Source: Candidatus Poribacteria bacterium (GTDB lineage: Bacteria > Poribacteria > WGA-4E > WGA-3G). Taken from it: a DNA stretch of 64,000 nt. The notes beneath the pieces are model-generated. The model was not told the origin of the DNA and made no database searches. It worked only from the letters and a program-made list of their open reading frames with translations. The first letter of the stretch is position 1. The number at the start of each line of letters is the position of its first letter. The DNA is taken from contig OZ244889.1 in the NCBI GenBank assembly GCA_965221425.1, forward strand, positions 3,077,415 to 3,141,414, read 5' to 3'. Shown here piece after piece: positions 47,827 through 57,511 of this stretch. The translations under genes were made by a program, and so were the position numbers.

Positions 47827-48570
47827 TCAAGCCTTTTTGTGGCAAACCATAGCAGTGATCCAACAGAAACGCTTAAGTATCGGAAGCATTCGCAAAAAAG
47901 TTCTATCAATCAATCTGAGCAGTTGGAGTGTCCCCCGATAAAATAACGGAATTGGAATAACCTTTTGCCAAAACAACGCGCCTAAAGAGAAGAGATGGAA
48001 TTCACGGTGTTCCATCTCCTCAAATTCTTTGCCGATTGCCTTAATATCAGAGATCGAGAAATAATGCAACTCGCGGGAGTATTTGAGAAACAGTTTGCGG
48101 TAGAGCCATACCATCGGATGATTCCGCATATTTTCAATGAAAATTGCTTTTCCGCCCGGTTTAAGGACACGGTGACACTCTTTCGCTGTTTGCGCATGTT
48201 CGGTAAACACTAACACAGATTTAGAGATGATAAAATCGAAGGTATTGTCTGAAAAAGCGAGTTGCGTTGCATCCATCAGCGAAAAATCAACAGCATTTGC
48301 GACATTGTGTTGGTTTACCCTCTCTTTTGCTTCACCAAGCCGAAAGGGCAACAAATCAATTCCAACAACAGATGCCCCCTGTTTTGCAAGCATCGTTGCC
48401 GTGCCGCCTGTGCCCGTGCCTAACTCAAGCACTTTTTTTCCTTCCAATGCCCCCATCTTGGGTAGGACGTACTCAAAGATGGGTAGGTAAAAGTCTTCCC
48501 ACCAGAGCAAAAGGTCTGTCTCAACTGCGTTGACACTACCTTTCGGTTGCGATGCATCGGGTTTACGCAA
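47827..48570 (-). CDS. class I SAM-dependent methyltransferase
   Basis: Motif I VLELGTGTGG, post-I VVGIDL, motif III PGGKAIF. Confidence 0.8.
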   Translation of the reverse strand: MRKPDASQPKGSVNAVETDLLLWWEDFYLPIFEYVLPKMGALEGKKVLELGTGTGGTATMLAKQGASVVGIDLLPFRLGEAKERVNQHNVANAVDFSLMDATQLAFSDNTFDFIISKSVLVFTEHAQTAKECHRVLKPGGKAIFIENMRNHPMVWLYRKLFLKYSRELHYFSISDIKAIGKEFEEMEHREFHLFSLGALFWQKVIPIPLFYRGTLQLLRLIDRTFLRMLPILKRFCWITAMVCHKKA

Positions 48571-48572
48571 AC

Positions 48573-49331
48573 CTAAATTTTCCCCATCTTTCGTAGATTT
48601 TCAAGACATTTTTCGGCACATTCAAGCGGCGGATATGCATAACTTTCCTGCTCTACGATGTACCATTCGGTGCCGCCGACGGTTTCAAAGGCATGGAACA
48701 GATCACCCCACGGTATATCCCCTTCTCCGATAAGTGCCTTGTCATTCGTGGCAGAGTATTCTTTGATATGTACGAGTTTTGACCTGCCGGGGTAACGTTC
48801 GATAAACGTAACATTGTCTGCTCCTGCACGGAGGACATGTCCAGTGTCAATTTGTAGGACAACACTGTCATGGGTGTTACTGCCAAACGTATCCCACGGC
48901 ACTTCACCTTCTAAAGGTTTAAATTCACCCGTGTGGTTGTGGTAGCCAACAAACATGTCTTGGTCGGCGATTTTTTCGGCAATTTCGTTGAAAAGTTTTG
49001 CTGTGTTTCGCCACGCCTCCTGCGAATTTGTGTATTCTCCTCCCAGTCCTGGTACAATCAGATAGGGATTGCCGAGTATTTTATTGAATTCCACTGTCTT
49101 GGCGAGTGCGTCCCCAAGGAGTGTATTCAATCCTGTATGTGTGCCAACGACTTTTAATTCGAGGTCATCACACATGCCGCGCAATTCTTCTGCGGTTCGG
49201 TCATGGTATCCGGCAAATTCTACGCCTTCATATCCCATCTGTGCGACTGCCTGAAGTGTAAGGGATAGGTCTTGCGCACAATCACCTCTAACGGAATATA
49301 ACTGTAAGGCTATCGGTATTCTTTCGCTCAA
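48573..49331 (-). CDS. sugar phosphate isomerase/epimerase (xylose-isomerase-like TIM barrel)
   Basis: IPIALQLYSVR..GYEGVEFAGY N-terminal pattern of AP_endonuc_2 / Xyl_isomerase-like barrels. Confidence 0.8.
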   Translation of the reverse strand: MSERIPIALQLYSVRGDCAQDLSLTLQAVAQMGYEGVEFAGYHDRTAEELRGMCDDLELKVVGTHTGLNTLLGDALAKTVEFNKILGNPYLIVPGLGGEYTNSQEAWRNTAKLFNEIAEKIADQDMFVGYHNHTGEFKPLEGEVPWDTFGSNTHDSVVLQIDTGHVLRAGADNVTFIERYPGRSKLVHIKEYSATNDKALIGEGDIPWGDLFHAFETVGGTEWYIVEQESYAYPPLECAEKCLENLRKMGKI

Positions 49332-49398
49332 TTAAGTTCTCCTTGTTTGAAATTGGGTTGTGAAAAGCGTCCAAGAAATTATATAAATTATCGTCTAT

Positions 49399-50427
49399 CT
49401 ATGTCATCGGCAGATTGACAACCTGACCACTATCTGCAGAAACAAGTCCTGCTTCCAAGATTTCTTGTGCATCTCGACTTATGTATGGACAGCATAAACC
49501 ATCTATCGGTTCACCTGTTTCGAGGCAGTGAATTAAGTATTCTGGAGCATTCCGCTTACCTTCAGGAAGTGGGTCAGGGTCTATAACTTGAGCATCACCA
49601 CCAGCGGGATTTAGGTTGACTTGGTTACCAGTTACTGTCAATGCCCCCTCTGTGCCGTAGACCACAGGATTAGGTGTGACATAACCTGTTTTTTGTGTCC
49701 ACGATGCTTCCGTGACACCGAATGCATTGCCGTATTTCATCAGGATAACGGCATTATCGTCAGGAAGTGGATAGTCTTTGACAAAGGTGCCGCGGAAGGC
49801 GGTTACCTGCTCTGGCTTTCCCAACAAATATGCACACATATCGGCACAATAACAGCAGTAGTCCATCAATGCCCCCGCGCCATTTTTCTCTTCATCGTAT
49901 AACCACTCGTAGAAGTAGCGAGAACATCCAATCTCTTTTGGTCCGTTGTGTGCTGAACGCCATTTGAAATAGAAAACCTCACCGATTGCACCGTCTTTGA
50001 TAAGCTGCATAGCAGTATTCAGTGCTGGGCTCCATGCAGTGGGCCAATTGATCATGAGTGAAATGCCAGCGTTTTGTGCAGCGTTTAACATCTGATCTGC
50101 TTGCGATAGTCGTGCTGACATCGGTTTTTCTGAAACGACGTGAATGCCTTTCGCCGCTGCCGCTTCAACGATCTCCGGACCAGCGTTATTTTCTGCACAT
50201 GCTTGAACGATGTCTAATTCCTCTTTTTCCAGCAATTCTTGCCAAGAATCATAAACGTTTTCAACACCCGTTTCTGATTTGAACTGGTCACGTAATTCAG
50301 CGTTGACATCGCCTGCAGCGACGATCTCAACGTTTGGGTGTTCCTTCCAACGATTCAGTTCGCCCCAGACATGGTCATGTACGAGCGAAGCAAAGCCAAC
50401 GCGATAGGTTTTTGACATAAGTTGCAT
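49399..50427 (-). CDS. Gfo/Idh/MocA-family oxidoreductase
   Basis: N-terminal Rossmann YRVGFASLVHDH..VEIVAAGD. Typical size. Confidence 0.8.
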   Translation of the reverse strand: MQLMSKTYRVGFASLVHDHVWGELNRWKEHPNVEIVAAGDVNAELRDQFKSETGVENVYDSWQELLEKEELDIVQACAENNAGPEIVEAAAAKGIHVVSEKPMSARLSQADQMLNAAQNAGISLMINWPTAWSPALNTAMQLIKDGAIGEVFYFKWRSAHNGPKEIGCSRYFYEWLYDEEKNGAGALMDYCCYCADMCAYLLGKPEQVTAFRGTFVKDYPLPDDNAVILMKYGNAFGVTEASWTQKTGYVTPNPVVYGTEGALTVTGNQVNLNPAGGDAQVIDPDPLPEGKRNAPEYLIHCLETGEPIDGLCCPYISRDAQEILEAGLVSADSGQVVNLPMT

Positions 50428-50492
50428 CTCCTATATTCAATTATTTGTTTTTCTTTACCAAATTAACAAGGTTTATCTTATTTTATTGGAGT

Positions 50493-50527
50493 CAGGTGCG
50501 GTTAGGAAACCGCACCTACCGAGACGG
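50493..50527 (-). terminator. REP-like hairpin AGGTGCGGTTAGGAAACCGCACCT downstream of ADH gene
   Basis: 10 bp stem with the GGTTAGGAAACC loop core shared with the family A core hairpin. 18 nt after the stop of 50545-51597. Confidence 0.45.
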
Positions 50528-50544
50528 ATCACGTTAATTTGGTA

Positions 50545-51597
50545 TTATTCCTCGGCGCGGACAGCAATTTTGATGGCTGTTTCGCCACTGAGACGGTAGC
50601 CGCCATCAAGCGCCTTAAATCCATCTTCAACCTGTGAGAGCGGTAACTGATGGCTAACCATATCGGCAAACGGTAATTCACTTTTTTCAAGGAGTGGAAG
50701 TCCTCGGACGAAGTGTTCATATTGACTTCCCCAGATAGCCTCAACACGAAGGTTTTTGCGCATAAGTAACTGATTGATATTGAAATCAATTGAACCCATA
50801 TCCACAAAGTGACCAACTTCCACAAAAGTCCCGCTACGTCTTGTATAACCTAATCCCTCTGGCGTTGCGGGGAGAAAGCCAGCACATTCAAAGACAACAT
50901 CTGCTCCTCCATTGCGCGGTGTTTCAGATTTAACGAGTTCTGTTCGCTCCTCAGGGGAAGTAACCTTTTCAATATCAATTGTGACATCTGCCCCGAACCG
51001 TTTTGCGAGTTCCAATCGTCCTGCAGGCCCACCGACCATAATTATTTTTCCTGCGCCGCTCAATTTCGCGCAGGCAAGGGTTACCAAACCGATTGCGCCC
51101 GAACCTTGCACAACGACGGTATCACCGAATTTTATCTCACCTCGCATGACAGCGTGAACACCGACAGTGAAAGGCTCTGTCAGGACAGCAACCTCTGGTG
51201 AAACCTCTGTTTTCATAAAACAGGTATTCGGGTAGGTGAGATACATGTAATCCGCAAACCCACCACGGAAATGGGGGGCTTCATCCGGGTTCCATTGAAA
51301 ACCGTAACCGCCGTAGTCGGTGCCGGGTGCAAATATCACCCTGTCCCCTTCTTTGATCGATTTGCCGACATAGTCTGTCTTCACGCCTTCCCCAATTGCT
51401 TCAACAATACCGACATTTTCATGCCCTAATAGAATCTCTGTTTTGAATCCATTCTGCCAGTTATGGAGGTCGGTGCCACAGATACCTGCTAACTCTTGAC
51501 GGAGTAGCAATGTATTCGGTGCAGGATCAGGCACCGGATATTCGCGGATCTCAAAATCTTTACCATAAGCAACTACGGCTCTACCGGTTCGAGGCAT
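50545..51597 (-). CDS. Zn-dependent alcohol dehydrogenase (MDR family)
   Basis: Start set at MPRTG (GGAG RBS); the longer ORF overlaps the upstream gene. GHENVGIVEAIGEGV catalytic Zn site. VVVQGSGAIGL Rossmann. Confidence 0.85.
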   Translation of the reverse strand: MPRTGRAVVAYGKDFEIREYPVPDPAPNTLLLRQELAGICGTDLHNWQNGFKTEILLGHENVGIVEAIGEGVKTDYVGKSIKEGDRVIFAPGTDYGGYGFQWNPDEAPHFRGGFADYMYLTYPNTCFMKTEVSPEVAVLTEPFTVGVHAVMRGEIKFGDTVVVQGSGAIGLVTLACAKLSGAGKIIMVGGPAGRLELAKRFGADVTIDIEKVTSPEERTELVKSETPRNGGADVVFECAGFLPATPEGLGYTRRSGTFVEVGHFVDMGSIDFNINQLLMRKNLRVEAIWGSQYEHFVRGLPLLEKSELPFADMVSHQLPLSQVEDGFKALDGGYRLSGETAIKIAVRAEE

Positions 51598-51659
51598 AGC
51601 TATCTCCTTTATAAATGTGAGGTAAGGCTGTGAGTCCAACCTTACCTCGCAATCTATTT

Positions 51660-51950
51660 TTATACATATTTTCGCTTTTTTCGCGAGAGAATGAAGAAAA
51701 TTACAACAATGCCGATGATTGAAATCCACAACCAATTGGCTTTAAAAATCTCAAAGAAAAAGTTAAACGCTATCCAAATAAGGATTTCCAATCCGACAAT
51801 TGCGATAGCTTTTCCCCACGGAAAATCTGCATTTTTATAACGTTCACGCAATTTGTAGGCATATAACCATGAAACACCTAAAGTGCCTAACACAACTACG
51901 AGAAACAGCAAATTAACGAGTCCCTGAATGCCGCTCAAAATGGAATCCAT
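51660..51950 (-). CDS. small membrane protein (3 TM), unknown function
   Basis: Three hydrophobic helices, KKRK C-terminus. Confidence 0.4.
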   Translation of the reverse strand: MDSILSGIQGLVNLLFLVVVLGTLGVSWLYAYKLRERYKNADFPWGKAIAIVGLEILIWIAFNFFFEIFKANWLWISIIGIVVIFFILSRKKRKYV

Positions 51951-52051
51951 GAAAATTTACTCCTTTTAGTTTACTTATCCTATAGAGACGCCACATCTCA
52001 AAAAGATAGCAGAATTTGCCGGCACAATTAGAATTGTCTGTTCATATCTTC

Positions 52052-52903
52052 CTATTCACTGAAAATCCGATCAGGATGACTATAAACTGCCATACGTTCT
52101 CCGCGCATGAAACCGATTAATGTAAGATTTCCTTCATCTGCTAAGTCAACAGCAAGTGTAGATGCTGCTGAAACAGCGACAACGATAGGAATCCGTGCAA
52201 ACAGTGCTTTTTGCACTATCTCAAAACTTGCGCGTCCACTCACCATTAAAATGTGTTTGTCAAGCGGCAGCATCTCTGCTAACAAAGCCTGCCCGATGAC
52301 TTTATCAACGGCATTATGCCTACCGATGTCTTCTCTAACAATAAGGAGTTCACCATTTTCATTGAAAAGCCCTGCTGCATGGAGTCCACCCGTCTTTTCA
52401 AAAACGGATTGCGCAGCGCGTAACCGATCATTGAGTTTGTAAAATACCCTCTGATGTAAGCGGAATACCGAATCCAGAGGAGCTACTTGATGTTTAACAG
52501 ACTCAATTGTCATTTTACCACAGAGGCCGCAGCTTGCATTTGCATGGAAATTCCGTTGCCATCCTTGCTGATCCTCAATTTTCAATTCCTCAGTAAGACG
52601 AACATTGACAATGTTCTGCATTGTTTCCAAACCCACACCGTGGCCGTTAGTTTTTTCATTGGCAGTATTTTCGGTACAGTATGCTATGATTTCAATGTCA
52701 TCTCCCGATTTGATGAGGCTTTCGGTATAAAGGAACCCTGCTGCAAGTTCAAAATCATGTCCAGGTGTTCGCATGACAACGATCAAGCTCTGTTCTCCCA
52801 CCCGAATTTCAAGCGGTTCTTCTACAACCAATTCGTCTTCAACAGATGTCGGTTTTGACTGATGCCAGCGGATGACCTGTTTTGTACTTGTCTGTTGTTG
52901 CAT
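52052..52903 (-). CDS. fdhD: formate dehydrogenase accessory sulfurtransferase FdhD
   Basis: DIGRHNAVDKVIGQAL, the CGLCGK cysteine loop and MVSGRASFEIVQKA are FdhD hallmarks. Start set at MQQQTST after the upstream stop. Confidence 0.85.
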   Translation of the reverse strand: MQQQTSTKQVIRWHQSKPTSVEDELVVEEPLEIRVGEQSLIVVMRTPGHDFELAAGFLYTESLIKSGDDIEIIAYCTENTANEKTNGHGVGLETMQNIVNVRLTEELKIEDQQGWQRNFHANASCGLCGKMTIESVKHQVAPLDSVFRLHQRVFYKLNDRLRAAQSVFEKTGGLHAAGLFNENGELLIVREDIGRHNAVDKVIGQALLAEMLPLDKHILMVSGRASFEIVQKALFARIPIVVAVSAASTLAVDLADEGNLTLIGFMRGERMAVYSHPDRIFSE

Positions 52904-52938
52904 GATTACATAAGTAAAGTGTTCGGCTGTCCAAAATC

Positions 52939-54876
52939 CTATTCTTCCGTCTGGCTGAATTTTTGTTTCTCTATCATCAGCATGCCTTTGTTGGTACCTA
53001 TCCACGCGCGATCGTTGTCAATTGCAATACACTGGACAGATAGATCTTCCAATACTATTTTCGGGTAGTCAATAGTACCCACATACTTATCACTATGTAG
53101 GTCATAAATAGTAACGTAGTGTTTTACAGCAACCCATAGGTATTCTTTGCCAGCAACTCCAGTAACGAAGATGTCATTTAAATCTTCCTTTACCTCTAAA
53201 TCGGATTCCACGGGATAAGAAACACCATCCGCACCATCCCAGTTTGCCTTAAAAAAGCCGTTTCCCCTATTTTCTTCATTATACCAAGAAAATAGTGTTT
53301 TGTCTTCAACAACATCAAACCTTACAACTTGTGTCTCTGGTTCAATCTCCAAAAAATTTTTAGATTCCCAAAGTTCTAATTCACGATCAAAAACAGCGAT
53401 GTCGTTTCCTGATGTGCCAACCCATACCGTTTTGGGGGTGAGTGTTATAGTGTGAACGTCATTAGGAATGTTGCTGTTTTCTTGATTATAATGGGCTTCT
53501 ATTATTCCGGTCTTAAGATTCTGTCGTACAACGCCAGCATCTGTGGCAAACCAAATTTCTTCATTATCCATCTTGATATCTCGGATCCACATGCTGGGCA
53601 AACCGTCGGCAATTGTGTAATTTTTTACTTCGGTCGTTTTTTTGTTAAAATGTAAGACACCTTGATTTCGAGTGCCAACCCACACTTCAGATTTGTTCAC
53701 TGCAATTGCGCTGACATCAGGTGTTGTGGAAACATGCTTGTTATCGTTAATTCGCCATGCGGCGGCTTCATTCGCTTTCCATCCGCCAGTGCCGTCGGTT
53801 TCGATTTGGGCAATCCCCTTTGGTGTCCCTATCCACAGCGATGTTCCATCAACGGCAATAGCCTGGATATTCGGATCAGGTAAATTGTCTGTGTAGATGT
53901 TCCACGCGCTCGCTTGTAATACATCGTTTGCTTGTTCAATAATGGTGGTGTCATCACTATTTTGCCGGACAAGGTTCGCTACGTTAACAGCGTTTTTTCT
54001 ATCCCCGACTTGTAAATAAATTATCGCGCGTTTTAAGTGGGCATCATCAACCCAATCGCTGTTTGGATAGATCCTACTGAATTGTTTCAGAATATTTAAG
54101 GCGTTTTCGAATTCTCCGGTTTCAGCTTGTAATACCGCTATTTGGTAAACAGCCTCTTCATGTTCAGGTAAATTAGGAAATTGATTGACCGCTTTTTGTA
54201 ATAATTCAAGCCCTGCTGGAACGTCTTTTAATTCTTTTACCAGAAGGAATCCTGTTTGGTAACTAAGTTTTGCAACAGATTCATGTTCAGGATAATGCTT
54301 GAGTATTAACTGGAAGGCGTTAACTGTGTGGATATAGTTTCCAATAGCAATGGCATTATTACCAATCTCTTGAAGTAGCGGTACAAGGTCAAAATTCTGT
54401 GCATCTATGAGTGCAACAGAACGGAACCTTACTAATGTTTTATCTATATCTCCATCTATTTTATAAAGTAGTCCGAGTTGATAATGTGCATCGGCAAACT
54501 TCGGAAATTCTTCTAATGCTGCTTCAAATTTTCGTTTTGCTAATTCTGGTGATTCTAAATCTAACAAGGCAAGCCCATTACGATAATGTTTTGCTGCGAT
54601 TTGGTTTGGAACATTTTCAAGGTCTGAGATAAAGCTAAGTGTGTGTCCTTTCAGTGGAAACCTTAAAACTTGTCCATTGTATTCAATTTCAAAATGTGTA
54701 TCAGTAGCATTGCGGAATATACCTGTGAGCCTGTCGCCGTTTTCACGGTCTACAATGACATATTGCTCACTACCAGAGAGGTCAGGACGTATTATATCAC
54801 AATAAGCAGTGCTTGTGAATAGCAGGAGCACCAGCGCGAGACTTGTTAATGAAAAGAGGGGGTAAGTGTTTTTCAT
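52939..54876 (-). CDS. secreted TPR-repeat + two-component-regulator-propeller (Reg_prop-like) beta-propeller protein, no kinase domain
   Basis: Signal peptide. Several TPR-like helical pairs. Five or more propeller repeats of type (W/F)(I/V)GT..G(V/I). Confidence 0.55.
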   Translation of the reverse strand: MKNTYPLFSLTSLALVLLLFTSTAYCDIIRPDLSGSEQYVIVDRENGDRLTGIFRNATDTHFEIEYNGQVLRFPLKGHTLSFISDLENVPNQIAAKHYRNGLALLDLESPELAKRKFEAALEEFPKFADAHYQLGLLYKIDGDIDKTLVRFRSVALIDAQNFDLVPLLQEIGNNAIAIGNYIHTVNAFQLILKHYPEHESVAKLSYQTGFLLVKELKDVPAGLELLQKAVNQFPNLPEHEEAVYQIAVLQAETGEFENALNILKQFSRIYPNSDWVDDAHLKRAIIYLQVGDRKNAVNVANLVRQNSDDTTIIEQANDVLQASAWNIYTDNLPDPNIQAIAVDGTSLWIGTPKGIAQIETDGTGGWKANEAAAWRINDNKHVSTTPDVSAIAVNKSEVWVGTRNQGVLHFNKKTTEVKNYTIADGLPSMWIRDIKMDNEEIWFATDAGVVRQNLKTGIIEAHYNQENSNIPNDVHTITLTPKTVWVGTSGNDIAVFDRELELWESKNFLEIEPETQVVRFDVVEDKTLFSWYNEENRGNGFFKANWDGADGVSYPVESDLEVKEDLNDIFVTGVAGKEYLWVAVKHYVTIYDLHSDKYVGTIDYPKIVLEDLSVQCIAIDNDRAWIGTNKGMLMIEKQKFSQTEE

Positions 54877-55009
54877 GGTTTAATTTCTATCTGTTTCCTT
54901 GATAAGTATATTGATATAATATCAGAAACAGTGTTAAATGTCAAGTAAGTTTCAGACTGATCATTTACACACCCAGAGTTGACAATGGGTGTGTAAATAT
55001 TTTGGCATG

Positions 55010-55290
55010 TGTGTCTGAATCGCGGATTACACGGAGGACGCGGAAGACGCGGATGGGAGATTGACAAGATAAGTTCCTTTTCAAGAGATTTAGGCAAACT
55101 TTGAATAGGAGTTTGGGAGGTGAAGATTAGGTTATTAGTTCAGTAATTTTCTGTCCAATGCAGGTGTACACCTCTGTTGGCGAGGTTTCCTAACCTCGCC
55201 AAATTACCTAATTTATTTTTTATCTTCATGCCCCAAACTTAATAATCCGCGAAATCTGTGACAATCCGCGATTCAGACAGAGTTGACAAG
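55010..55290. repeat. half MITE family A element flanked by inverted 'GTCTGAATCGCGGATT' units
   Basis: 55012-55060 'gtctgaatcgcggattacacggaggacgcggaagacgcggatggg'. 55161-55230 'caggtgtacacctctgttggcgaggtttcctaacctcgccaaattacctaatttattttttatcttcatg' (right half only). 55262-55282 'aatccgcgattcagac' inverted. Confidence 0.6.
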
Positions 55291-55338
55291 AACCCTTATT
55301 TATGATATTCTATTCCTGTTTTACAGTAAAAAACAAAT

Positions 55339-55995
55339 TTGAATGGAAGCATAAAAATGGGAAAAAATGGTCCGATTAAACCAATCACCGTTGGAATTAT
55401 GGGAGGTTCAGCCTCTGGAAAAACAACGTTTGCCACTGCTTTGGCAGAACAACTCGTTGAATTTTCACCTATCACGTTACATCAAGACTCCTACTTTCGG
55501 GATTGGTCAGAATACACACCTGAAGAACGCGAAAAGGTGGTAACAGCAAATCATCCAGATGCGGTGTGTTGGGATGTACTTATTACAGATGTTGAAAAAC
55601 TCCGAGCGCGAAATCCGATTGAAACACCTACACCCGGAACCCGTGCAGCGCAACGTGGTGATGAAAAGAAAATTATAGAATCAAGCGATGTCGTAATTGT
55701 AGAAGGACACCTTATCTATTGGAATCAGCAACTCCGAGAGTTAATAGATATTAAAATCTTTTTGGACGTTGACGCACATGAAAGGGTCCTGCGACGAATG
55801 CTGCGCGATGTCGGCACGCGCAGCGGAAGTCTTGAAAGTGCAATCAGTTGGTACCGACGGGATGTCCTACCTAATTTCCCAATTTACACGGAACCTTATA
55901 AAAAGTACGCCGATCTAATAATTCCGTTTTTGAATGATAATCCTGTTGCGTTACATACCGTTGCAGCGGGGATACGCGCTCAACTTTCTGAGTAA
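55339..55995 (+). CDS. udk: uridine kinase / PRK-family nucleoside kinase
   Basis: P-loop ITVGIMGGSASGKTT followed by the DSYF motif. Uridine kinase family size. Confidence 0.75.
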   Translation: MNGSIKMGKNGPIKPITVGIMGGSASGKTTFATALAEQLVEFSPITLHQDSYFRDWSEYTPEEREKVVTANHPDAVCWDVLITDVEKLRARNPIETPTPGTRAAQRGDEKKIIESSDVVIVEGHLIYWNQQLRELIDIKIFLDVDAHERVLRRMLRDVGTRSGSLESAISWYRRDVLPNFPIYTEPYKKYADLIIPFLNDNPVALHTVAAGIRAQLSE

Positions 55996-56147
55996 AAAAA
56001 AGAACCTACCTTCTCTGCCTATCTAAATTTACCCACAACTCTCCGACTATCACAACCCCGCCTTTTTGACATAGACACCATTTCAATATGGCACGGATAT
56101 GTCAATATGGCAGATTGATTTCCAAAGTTGTCTTATAAGAATCTTGC

Positions 56148-56178
56148 TTCAATCAATTTCTACAAAGGATTGATTGTG
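56148..56178. promoter_or_regulatory. inverted repeat CAATCAAT-N12-ATTGATTG upstream of the Hsp20 cluster (candidate operator)
   Basis: Perfect 8 bp arms ~200 bp upstream of the first Hsp20 ATG. Does not match CIRCE or HAIR consensus. Confidence 0.25.
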
Positions 56179-56255
56179 AATTTCTCTGGACTCCGTTAGC
56201 AGTATGGCAATATCCGGGTTTAATCGCTCATTATAGATAGGATAAAACGTTGTTT

Positions 56256-56271
56256 TGGCATATAAATTGCT
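56256..56271 (+). promoter_or_regulatory. sigma-54-like -24/-12 element TGGCAT-N5-TTGCT
   Basis: Matches YTGGCACG-N4-TTGCW in the GG and GC positions with correct spacing. ~100 nt upstream of the Hsp20-1 start. Confidence 0.3.
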
Positions 56272-56371
56272 CATACCTATTGTAGATGGAAAGCATTTTA
56301 GAATTGTGTCAAAAATTGGCACAGAACTTGCTAATTAAACTTACAAAAAACATAAATCTAAAGGAGAAAAA

Positions 56372-56825
56372 AATGAGACATTTAACAACACGCAGACCGA
56401 TAGGAAATCTATTCAACCTTCACAACGAGATGGGAAGAGTTTTTGGAGATCTGCTCTCCTCTCAGGACAGTGAAACTAATGCTGAAAATACGTCTTGGAT
56501 GCCCACGGTAGACATCTCTGAAACAGAAAATAGTTTTGAAATTCATGCTGAACTTCCTGGTGCCGTGGAAAGCGATGTCAACGTCTCAGTAACTGACAAC
56601 CTGCTCACAATTAAAGGTGAAAAGCGACAGGAAGAGAAGGCTGAAGGCAAAAACTTCCATCGTATAGAAAGAAGATACGGTAGTTTCCAAAGAAGTTTTA
56701 CGCTACCGAGGAATGTTGAAACCGCTGATATCAAAGCTGGATTCAAAGATGGTGTGTTGGCTCTTACAATTCCAAAAGCGGAAGCGGCAAAACCGACTGA
56801 AATTCCGATTTCGGTAAACTCTTAA
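56372..56825 (+). CDS. Hsp20/alpha-crystallin small heat-shock protein (1 of 3 tandem)
   Basis: ACD consensus WMPTVDISE..FEIHAELPGAVESDVNVSV..LTIKGEKRQE..RIERRYGSFQRSFTLP..GVLALTIPK. AAGGAGA RBS. Confidence 0.85.
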
Positions 56826-56908
56826 CCTAATAAAAACGGACGTGCCCTTCTCCAAAATACTATGAGGGCATGTCCTCCGATACGCATAACAAGATAAGGA
56901 GAAGAAAA

Positions 56909-57364
56909 ATGACTTATTTGACTTTACGCAAACCAGTAGCAAACCCTTTCAGGTTCTACAACTCTCTGTTTACGCCGTTATTTGCGCGACCCGAAACACA
57001 AGAATACAAATGGAGACCATCTGCTGACATTACAGAAACGGATGATAGTTTTGAAGTTCGGGCTGAACTCCCCGGTGTCACAAAGGATGATGTCCAAATC
57101 TCTGTTAAAGAGAACCTCTTAACGATAAAGGGAGAAAAACGGCAGGAAAAAACTGACGATTCCAAGAATTTTCGGCGAGTCGAACGACATTACGGAAGCT
57201 TCGAACGGAAATTTGCACTTCCTCCGAAGGTAGAAGCTGACAGCATCAAAGCCGAATTCAAGGACGGTGTCTTAACGGTGTCTATTCCAAAACCAGAAGA
57301 GGTAAAACCGAAAGAAATTCCGATTATTGCTGAATCGGCTGCGGATGCGCCGCAAGAGCGTTAA
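56909..57364 (+). CDS. Hsp20/alpha-crystallin small heat-shock protein (2 of 3)
   Basis: WRPSADITE..FEVRAELPGVTKDDVQISV..LTIKGEKRQE..RVERHYGSFERKFALP..GVLTVSIPK. AAGGAGA RBS. Confidence 0.85.
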   Translation: MTYLTLRKPVANPFRFYNSLFTPLFARPETQEYKWRPSADITETDDSFEVRAELPGVTKDDVQISVKENLLTIKGEKRQEKTDDSKNFRRVERHYGSFERKFALPPKVEADSIKAEFKDGVLTVSIPKPEEVKPKEIPIIAESAADAPQER

Positions 57365-57386
57365 AATAATCCTAAATTCAATAGGG

Positions 57387-57420
57387 TAGGCACAATTGGT
57401 TGTGCCTACCCTATTGACGT
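57387..57420 (+). terminator. 16 bp-stem hairpin AATAGGGTAGGCACAA/TTGTGCCTACCCTATT after Hsp20-2
   Basis: Near-perfect palindrome 23 nt after the stop codon. Confidence 0.4.
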
Positions 57421-57511
57421 TGCATCACTTAATCCGAACAATTTGAGAGGTATAGCGGTCAAAGAAAGTGAAGAATAAATTAGATTACAAATTTAGAAAA
57501 GGAGAATTGGA

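Noticed and set aside
50545-51735. Long 396 aa form of the Zn-ADH ORF
   Set aside because: The N-terminal 46 residues overlap the upstream small membrane-protein gene and lack homology. The internal MPRTG start has a GGAG RBS.
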